The notes under the pieces were generated by a model that saw nothing but the letters and a program-made list of their open reading frames with translations, searched no databases and was not told the origin of the DNA. A stretch of 58,356 nt of DNA, from assembly GCA_964347155.1 (NCBI GenBank), contig CAYFXR010000161.1:1-58356 (forward strand), read 5' to 3'. Of this stretch, positions 27,850-34,598 are shown in pieces. Every line of letters starts with the position of its first letter. Within the stretch, counting starts at the first letter, position 1. The DNA is from an uncultured Nitrospiraceae bacterium. Lineage in GTDB: Bacteria; Nitrospirota; Thermodesulfovibrionia; UBA6902. Both the position numbers and the translations under genes were made by a program.

Positions 27850-28337
27850 TGCATTACAAATTCAGTAAAAAATAGATTTTTGAAAACATCCTTATCCTTA
27901 CCCATTATTTGATTGACTCTAAAAAGCACCTCATCTTTGAGCTGAAACTTTCCCTCTGGACTTGCTATTGAATTTAAAGATTTACTGCTTACAAGTGTTA
28001 TGATTGTATCTCTCAATTGAGGTGTTTTTGCCTTTACAGTATCTTGTAAGGATTTATCGGCTATTTCAAATTGTATAGTTACTTTAAGGTATCTCCCTTG
28101 ATCCGCGAGATTTAAAACAAAAGGGGCAAGTGCAAAAATTTCAGTCTCACGACTGACCTCTGCTTCATTTGTAATTTCTTTGTCCCCTTTGGCAGCCAGT
28201 AGTTTGTAACCAATAAATCCTCCAGCACCGATAACAATGGAAGCTGCAATAATAATTATTAGTAGTTTTTTATTTCCACTTTTTTTCTTCGATTCCTCAG
28301 GTGTTTCATCCTGAGGTTCATCTCTTTCATCTGCCAT
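27846..28337 (-). CDS. fliL: flagellar basal-body-associated protein FliL
   Basis: 163 aa with a single TM helix and a FliL-type C-terminus, located upstream of fliM. Confidence 0.88.
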   Translation of the reverse strand: MADERDEPQDETPEESKKKSGNKKLLIIIIAASIVIGAGGFIGYKLLAAKGDKEITNEAEVSRETEIFALAPFVLNLADQGRYLKVTIQFEIADKSLQDTVKAKTPQLRDTIITLVSSKSLNSIASPEGKFQLKDEVLFRVNQIMGKDKDVFKNLFFTEFVMQ

Positions 28338-28711
28338 TTTTTAAATCCTCCCTTTTAAAACGTTATTATTTTTTTAGTTATTTATCTCAATTACCTCTGA
28401 TCATTAATGAACACCGATTTAGTTTTAATATTCAAATATCATGCCTGATATAATTTATTGAAAAATAATGATTTATATTATTTAGAATATGTCAAAATAA
28501 TGACTTTTCGATATTTTATTGGCTATGCGGCGAAGTTTGATGGTAATCGACAATTTTAGAGAATGATTATTGATTAACAGCTCATGTTTTTAAGAAAGTA
28601 GTATGGAAGGAAAAGCAAGTGAAGCCACGTATCATAGGGTATATGGCTAAGCGAAGAATCTCTTTTACAAACTATTAATAATCACAAAATGAAACAAGAA
28701 AGGGCTCCAAT

Positions 28712-30901
28712 CTACCTAGACAATGCAGGGGTCACAGATTTCCTGATATTATTTGAAAGATTTACTGTATCCTCCCAGGTATTTCCACCGTCAGTTGACC
28801 GCCTGAAATATATCTCATAATTATCCGTTGCAGCATACTGCCACACTACGTAAATCTCTGTTCCAGCAATCGTAATAACAGGGTTCTTTGACTCCCCTTT
28901 CATGGTGTTCAGTCTTACTGTAGCACCCCAGGTATTTCCACCGTCAGTTGACCGCCTGAAATATATCCTGTAATTATCCCTTTTACCATACTGCCATACT
29001 GCGTAAATGTCTGTCCCTTCAACCGCTATGGCAGGGTTCTTTGACTTCCCTTTCATGGTGTTCAGTCTTACCGTAGCACCCCAGGTATCTCCTCTGTCGG
29101 TTGACCGCCTGAAATATATCCTGTAATTATCCCTTTCACCATACTGCCATACTGCGTAAATGTCTGTTCCCTCAACCGCTATGGCAGGGTTCTTTGACTT
29201 GCCTTTCATGGTGTTCAGTCTTACTGTAGCACCCCATGTATCTCCTCCATCGGTTGACCGCCTGAAATATATCCTGTAATTATCCTTTATACCATCCTGC
29301 CATACAAGATTTATTAATGATAAGCAGTCAGTATCATCTAAGTCTGTGGAACCATCGCAGTCGTTATCTAAAGAGTCATTACAGGTAATTTCTTGATTTT
29401 CATCCTTTATGTCTGGAGAACATGTATTAATTACCTCACCTCCCTGACAAGTCAACATGCCTGTTGATACACATTCACCCAAACCACAATTTGTCGTCGA
29501 AGTGACATAATGTTCATCAGCGGTTCCATCACAGTCGCTGTCTACACCGTCACAGTCAGAATCGTCTCCTGTCGGGCTGCCTTCTGTACAGGAGTCAACT
29601 TCTATACCATTAACACAGATTTTCTGACCTGTAGAAGTGCATGCTCCTCGTCCACATTCAGTATCTGTTATTACATAATCCTCATCATCAAATCCGTCAC
29701 AGTCATCATCCATACCGTCACAAGTTGCATCATCTGGAGCAGCTCCTGCAAAAGGGTCGCATGTGTCTATCAAGCTTCCGCTCTGGCACTCAAGCTGGCC
29801 GGTATTGTTATTACATGCACCTGTTCCACAACTGGTTTGTGTTGGTACATAATCTTCATCAGCACTACCATCACAGTCATTGTCAATGCCATCACAATTG
29901 CTATCATCTGCGCTTGGATGGACAGTGTCATCATTATCATTGCAGTCAACATCAGGAAGATATCCGTCTCCGTCAATATCAACCGGGATGAACTGCTTTA
30001 TTTGATTGTTTTTTGTATCAGCGATATAGACATTTCCTGATGAGTCTACTACTACTCCATGAGGATAATTCAACTGACCGTCTGCTGTTCCATATGAACC
30101 CCACTTAACGACAAAACTGCCATCAGATTTCAACCTCTGTACCCTGTTATTATTCGAATCAGCAACATAGAGATCTCCGGATGTTCCTACTGATATTCCA
30201 TATGGATAATTAAACTGACCATCGCCTGCGCCGTTAGAACCCCATGATGCGACAAAATCACCGTTAGCACTGAACTTCTGGATTCTATGGTTTCCTGTAT
30301 CAGCAACATACACATTACCTGATGCATCTTCTACTGCTATCCCATATGGATAACTAAACTGACCGTCGCCTGTACCGTTTGAGCCCCATGCGGTAATAAA
30401 TACACCATTTGAATTGAACTTCTGAACCCTGTGAAGACCTGAATCAGTAACATACACATTTCCAGATGCATCCACGGTTATTCCCTGTGGATAGATAAAC
30501 TGTCCGCTACCTGTACCATATGAACCCCATTCTGTAATAAAATCGCCAAGAGAACTGAATTTTTGGACCCTATTATTTCCCCAATCAGCAACATACACAT
30601 TACCTGATGCATCTACAGCTATCCCATATGGATAACTAAATTGGCCGTCACCTGTACCGTATAAGCCCCATGAAGTGACAAAATTACCGTTAGCACTGAA
30701 CTTCTGGATTCTGTTATTATTCGAATCAACCACATAAACATTGCCGGATATATCTAATGCTAATTTATATGGATTATTAAATTGACCGTTACCTGTACCT
30801 TTTGAGCCCCATTTATTGTTAAATTGATATTCGACAGCATGCACACACGTGTAAAGAAATAGCATGATAAAAGTAACTGATAAGATAAGGCCCTTTTTCA
30901 T
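28712..30901 (-). CDS. secreted multidomain protein: NHL repeats + MopE-type Cys/Asp-rich metal-binding motifs + BNR/Asp-box repeats
   Basis: 729 aa with a signal peptide. Six NHL-like units (GxGxGQFxxPxGIAVDxSGNVYVAD), four CDGxDNDCDG modules and four 51-aa units containing STDGGxTW. Confidence 0.8.
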   Translation of the reverse strand: MKKGLILSVTFIMLFLYTCVHAVEYQFNNKWGSKGTGNGQFNNPYKLALDISGNVYVVDSNNNRIQKFSANGNFVTSWGLYGTGDGQFSYPYGIAVDASGNVYVADWGNNRVQKFSSLGDFITEWGSYGTGSGQFIYPQGITVDASGNVYVTDSGLHRVQKFNSNGVFITAWGSNGTGDGQFSYPYGIAVEDASGNVYVADTGNHRIQKFSANGDFVASWGSNGAGDGQFNYPYGISVGTSGDLYVADSNNNRVQRLKSDGSFVVKWGSYGTADGQLNYPHGVVVDSSGNVYIADTKNNQIKQFIPVDIDGDGYLPDVDCNDNDDTVHPSADDSNCDGIDNDCDGSADEDYVPTQTSCGTGACNNNTGQLECQSGSLIDTCDPFAGAAPDDATCDGMDDDCDGFDDEDYVITDTECGRGACTSTGQKICVNGIEVDSCTEGSPTGDDSDCDGVDSDCDGTADEHYVTSTTNCGLGECVSTGMLTCQGGEVINTCSPDIKDENQEITCNDSLDNDCDGSTDLDDTDCLSLINLVWQDGIKDNYRIYFRRSTDGGDTWGATVRLNTMKGKSKNPAIAVEGTDIYAVWQYGERDNYRIYFRRSTDRGDTWGATVRLNTMKGKSKNPAIAVEGTDIYAVWQYGKRDNYRIYFRRSTDGGNTWGATVRLNTMKGESKNPVITIAGTEIYVVWQYAATDNYEIYFRRSTDGGNTWEDTVNLSNNIRKSVTPALSR
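28715..29302 (-). repeat. 153-nt near-identical tandem repeats (3 full + 1 partial) in the 3' part of the NHL/BNR gene
   Basis: The W codons of successive WQxG units lie at 29302 and 29149 (153 nt apart). The protein units are nearly identical (WQYG[EK]RDNYRIYFRRSTD[RG]G[DN]TWGATVRLNTMKGKSKNPAIAVEGTDIYAV). Confidence 0.85.
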
Positions 30902-31147
30902 TTTTAAACCCCCACTTAAAATTAGCCCAAGTATGAGAAGTTGCTTAATATAAAAAATTATTTATTTAAATATTTTTAAATAAGATTGTCCCTTTTTAAA
31001 TATAAAACCTTATATTAAGTGTAAATTATTTTATCATAAATGTCAATATATTTTACATTTTAAAATTGGTATTTTATCTTTTTTCATATGTTTATATATT
31101 TTCCCTGTTTAAAACGAAAATGGGTTTTAATCCCTCCCTGCCCCGCT

Positions 31148-31382
31148 TTAATCAAAAAATGCATTTCAAATAATGCAGGCTTTGTGAAAGAAATTATTTT
31201 TCGATACCTTAGACGCAATTCCAACTAATCTATTGGAAATATGTTTGTTCCCCCTCACCCTTTCCCTCTCCCGCCAGGGGAGAGGAGATTTGAAAGGATG
31301 CCATTCATCCCCTTGCACAGCAAGGGATATTCTGGCAAAATTTTTATAAATCTTGTTATAATGTCTGCATTATTTGGGTTAA
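31148..31382 (+). repeat. MITE/REP-like element with a different, GC-rich internal module (copy F, 235 bp)
   Basis: The left end TTAATCAAAAAATGCATTTCAAATAATGCAGGC... and right end ...CTGCATTATTTGGGTTAA are conserved. The interior carries CCTCTCCC-GCCA-GGGGAGAGG and CCCTTGC-ACA-GCAAGGG hairpins. Confidence 0.75.
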
Positions 31383-31445
31383 CGGTATGGTTTTATAACA
31401 GGGTAAATAATTAAGGAAAGCAGTCAGAATAGAAATAACCTTACA

Positions 31446-32030
31446 TTATCCAGTATCAATCAATCCCTTTTCAATTGCGATAGCGACAGCCTGGGTTCTG
31501 GTTATCGCATCAAGTTTCTGCATAATATTATTAATATGGAAATTTACCGTCCTTTCACTTATTTCAAGAATTATTGATATATCCCAAGAGCTTTTGCCTT
31601 TTTTTAGCCACTTCAACACTTCTTTTTCTCTCAAAGAGAGTGGAGAAATATTCATTTTTTTACTGAGATAATGGCTCTGCAGGGCTTCATTAATATTTGA
31701 AATTATTTCTCTATCCTCAAAAGGCTTGGTGATATAATCAAATGCTCCCAACTTTATCGCTTTGACAGCATCTTTAATATCTCCATAGCCTGTAAGCATG
31801 ACTACAATTAAATCTTTATTTATCTTCTTAATTTCTTCAAGAACGTTAAGCCCGTTCATTCCGGGAAGCTTGACATCCAATAAAATCAGATTGGGCAATT
31901 CTTTCTTTACTTTTCTTAGAGCCTCTTTACCATTGCCAGCAACAATGGTTTTGTATCCCTCTAATCTTAGAGATTTTGAGAGAATCAACCGCATGTCCTT
32001 ATCATCATCAACGATCAGAATTTTATTCAT
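31446..32030 (-). CDS. response regulator, NarL/LuxR family (REC + HTH)
   Basis: 194 aa. Receiver domain ILIVDDD...LLDVKLPGMNGL and a LuxR-type HTH (LSLREKEVLKWLKKGKSSWDISIILEISERTVNFHINNIMQKL). Confidence 0.9.
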   Translation of the reverse strand: MNKILIVDDDKDMRLILSKSLRLEGYKTIVAGNGKEALRKVKKELPNLILLDVKLPGMNGLNVLEEIKKINKDLIVVMLTGYGDIKDAVKAIKLGAFDYITKPFEDREIISNINEALQSHYLSKKMNISPLSLREKEVLKWLKKGKSSWDISIILEISERTVNFHINNIMQKLDAITRTQAVAIAIEKGLIDTG

Positions 32031-32088
32031 GTCCCAAGAACTCTTTTTTGCAAATGATACTTATTATTAAAAAAATCATTGAATTTAA

Positions 32089-32667
32089 TCAACTTTTCTC
32101 TATAAATCCGCCACCATCTTCCTTTATAAAAAATAACAGTATAGTTGAAAAAGCTACGACTATTGAGGCAAGATAAAACAAGGATTTAAGGCCATAGAGT
32201 TTAACCAAATAACCGCCTAAAAAAAGACCCGCTGCCGAAGAAAGACCAACTATTGCATTAAACTTACCTATACTCCTTCCTCTTTTTGCCTTTACTGTCA
32301 AATCTCCTAGTAATGATGTACTTATGGTACTTGCCATACCGTTTGTTATTCCAAGCATGGCCTGAAGAATATATAATTGATAGACATTGTTTATAATTGT
32401 ATAAAGAAAGAGAACAACTGCGTCTGTATATGCAGTAAGAAATAAAAAGAATTTTCTTCCCAATTTATCAGAGAAACGGCCTGCAAGATAAGTAGTTGCT
32501 GATTGAACGAGCACCATAATGCTGAAAGCCAAACCAAGTTTTTCCATCCCGCCGCTCAATTTCTCAACCTGCAACACGTAAAAAGGCCCGATAAATCCCA
32601 AAACAATTGCCCATATCGAGCTTACCGTGGTAAATACTTTGAGGTTTCTGGCGTTTGATGAGCTCAA
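32089..32667 (-). CDS. half-size (6-TM) MFS-type transporter, possibly truncated
   Basis: Contains the MFS motif-A-like GRFSDKLGRK and six predicted TM helices. The proposed TTG start lies 5 nt after the maturase stop; the ORF-track ATG would overlap the maturase by 76 nt. No second half follows. Confidence 0.5.
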   Translation of the reverse strand: MSSSNARNLKVFTTVSSIWAIVLGFIGPFYVLQVEKLSGGMEKLGLAFSIMVLVQSATTYLAGRFSDKLGRKFFLFLTAYTDAVVLFLYTIINNVYQLYILQAMLGITNGMASTISTSLLGDLTVKAKRGRSIGKFNAIVGLSSAAGLFLGGYLVKLYGLKSLFYLASIVVAFSTILLFFIKEDGGGFIEKS

Positions 32668-32672
32668 TAGTC

Positions 32673-33962
32673 TTAGGCTTTCATCTGATACTTTATATCC
32701 TGTGTGATAAATGACTCTAATGTAGCATCGAGATAAGGCTTTTTGCAATCAACGTCATCAATATTACCGTCCCTCAATAGTCTCATAAATCTGCATCCAC
32801 CAAAACAGAGCGGAAGATACTCGCAGTCAAGACACTTGTCTTTTTTCCACAGGTCGATATTATGGGACTCTCTATAGTCTTTTATGCCTGTCACCAAATC
32901 ACCAACTTCAAAACCTTTCCAACCAACGAACGCAGGGCATTTATAAAACGTTCCATTATAGTTGACGATAATATCATCCTTGAATTCTATTGCACATGGT
33001 AACGGAATAATTTTATGGGTATTAAAACCTCTCTTTAATATCTCTTCTCTGAGATAAATGCTTGCTTCTATAATCCATGGTTCATTTATAGACTCTGCAC
33101 CATCCCTGAAATCAGGCAGTGCAAACTCCTCTAAAACCTTCGTAACCGGATCAAATTTTAAAGTAGAGATCTTATCAGGTGTGATTCCCCTCTCAATCAA
33201 GTAATCGAGGAGAAAAGGAAAGTCTTTATAATTTTCTTTAGTATAGTTACCTCCTATCTGAACTTTTATTAGCTTACAAACATCCTTCACGTTGCGAATG
33301 ATGATATCAAATGTGCCTGAACCTGTTTTAAAAGGCCTATATTCATCATGATTTTCTTTTAATCCGTCTATTGTGATTTTTGCATCTTTTAATCCATAAG
33401 GTAGAAGTTCCTCTGCCCTTTTTTTCGTAAGAAGCGTACCATTAGTTATCAGACCGAATTTGTAGTTTAGACCTTTTCCTTCAGCAGATGTCTTCAACTT
33501 TCTAGAAATGTATTTGATAGTATCAAAACTAAGAAGAGGCTCTCCGCCATAAAAGTCGACATTAACATATTTCCCTCTGATAAGGTATTTTGTAATAAAA
33601 TCTATTAACAGGTCTACTGTTTCCGAAGACATATAATGTTTGCCCTTCATCTTTCCTTCAAAACAGTATTTACAGGCAAGATTGCAGTCAAGGTTCAAGA
33701 CAACAATAGCATTAAAATGTCTCTTTCTGTCAGCCTCCTTAAGAGACTCAAATATTTCTTTATTTTCTTCATTTTCGTTGGGCACTAAAAAGCCGAGACT
33801 AGCTAGTGTTTTCTCATCCGAACTTGAAATGTTACCTTGCCTTATTGATTTTAAAATGGATTTATGAAGAAGGATTTTAGATGCCCTCTTAGTAGAATAA
33901 AAGAGGAGATAATCAGGATTCTCATTATAATGATAGAATTTAATATATCTGGATAATTGCAT
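32673..33962 (-). CDS. radical SAM/SPASM-type peptide maturase
   Basis: 429 aa. The CxxxCxxC motif is at C93/C97/C100 (LDCNLACKYC), after an N-terminal extension of about 85 aa (RRE-like position). The Cys-rich C-terminus reads CPAF...CLDCEYLPLCFGGCRF. Confidence 0.85.
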   Translation of the reverse strand: MQLSRYIKFYHYNENPDYLLFYSTKRASKILLHKSILKSIRQGNISSSDEKTLASLGFLVPNENEENKEIFESLKEADRKRHFNAIVVLNLDCNLACKYCFEGKMKGKHYMSSETVDLLIDFITKYLIRGKYVNVDFYGGEPLLSFDTIKYISRKLKTSAEGKGLNYKFGLITNGTLLTKKRAEELLPYGLKDAKITIDGLKENHDEYRPFKTGSGTFDIIIRNVKDVCKLIKVQIGGNYTKENYKDFPFLLDYLIERGITPDKISTLKFDPVTKVLEEFALPDFRDGAESINEPWIIEASIYLREEILKRGFNTHKIIPLPCAIEFKDDIIVNYNGTFYKCPAFVGWKGFEVGDLVTGIKDYRESHNIDLWKKDKCLDCEYLPLCFGGCRFMRLLRDGNIDDVDCKKPYLDATLESFITQDIKYQMKA

Positions 33963-34022
33963 TTTTTAGAGAGTAAATACAAAAAAGACTTGAGAGCACA
34001 CTTGCACGCAAAACGGGTACAT

Positions 34023-34047
34023 GTCATCCTGAACGAAGCTAAGGATC
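34023..34047 (+). repeat. GTCATCC-type REP-like remnant
   Basis: GTCATCCTGAACGAAGCTAAGGATC, related to the other GTCAT(T/C)CC elements in the window. Confidence 0.4.
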
Positions 34048-34197
34048 TTATAAGCTATTGATTCAAAAAATTCCTAGGCCGCAACTCCGCTTGAACCTGT
34101 ATTACATTGAGCTGAATTTTTGAACTTGTACAAATGCCTCAATTAATAAAATTCAGGATAGTTAGCTTCTCTTTAAATAAATGTTAGTTTATTATTG

Positions 34198-34411
34198 CCT
34201 AAATTGAGCGATTCTAATATGACTAGATGTTCAATGCAGGTTCAAAAATTTATAATGCGATTGGATATTTGTAATTGTCTTACTGCTATATTTAGTCTTC
34301 CACTTAAAGAGTGAAGATCATAAAAGCAAGACAATAACTGTACTAAGGTATCGCTATGTATTTTTTCACCTGCCTCGCACATCTTTATGAAATTAAATCG
34401 CTCAATTTAGG
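34198..34411. repeat. 214-bp segment bounded by a perfect 16-bp inverted repeat
   Basis: CCTAAATTGAGCGATT (34198-34213) pairs with AATCGCTCAATTTAGG (34396-34411). Nested inner inverted repeats ATTGTCTTA/AAGACAAT. The segment begins 6 nt after the candidate precursor stop. Confidence 0.7.
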
Positions 34412-34417
34412 TAATAT

Positions 34418-34519
34418 TTATGCTCTATACACTGTAAAAGCTCCATGGCAGCAAGGCCCCAAGGGACCGATTGAATCTTTGATTCCCTTATCGAGAATTA
34501 TAATTTTTTCCTTGCTCAT
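34418..34519 (-). CDS. candidate RiPP precursor peptide (33 aa)
   Basis: Read by hand: AAAGAGGGGGGCAA-ATG, then MSKEKIIILDKGIKDSIGPLGPCCHGAFTVYRA*. Strong SD, same strand as and upstream of the rSAM/SPASM gene. Below the ORF-track length cut-off. Confidence 0.45.
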   Translation of the reverse strand: MSKEKIIILDKGIKDSIGPLGPCCHGAFTVYRA

Positions 34520-34569
34520 TTGCCCCCCTCTTTAAATAAATTGAGATTTGATCTCCAAAGGAGATATTC

Positions 34570-34598
34570 ACTTTACTATATAAAATTTAATATGTTAA
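34570..34598 (-). promoter_or_regulatory. sigma70-like promoter candidate for the precursor ORF
   Basis: Minus-strand read TTAACA-N17-TAAAGT, immediately after the TonB-receptor stop. The AT-rich context makes chance matches likely. Confidence 0.3.

Noticed and set aside
28431-28627. Sigma54-like matches upstream of fliL: AGGCATGATATTTGAA at about 28431-28446, and TGGCTTCACTTGCT at about 28614-28627.
   Set aside because: The first lacks the -12 GC (it has GA). The second has GG-GC spacing two nt too short. The fliL operon promoter remains unidentified.
34242-34382. A 46-aa minus-strand ORF (MCEAGEKIHSDTLVQLLSCFYDLHSLSGRLNIAVRQLQISNRIINF) inside the inverted-repeat-bounded insert. Also short Cys-containing ORFs (MTCTRFACKCALK...) just upstream of the maturase.
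   Set aside because: None has a Shine-Dalgarno. One overlaps the maturase start out of frame. There is no motif support, so they are noted only as alternatives to the 33-aa precursor candidate.
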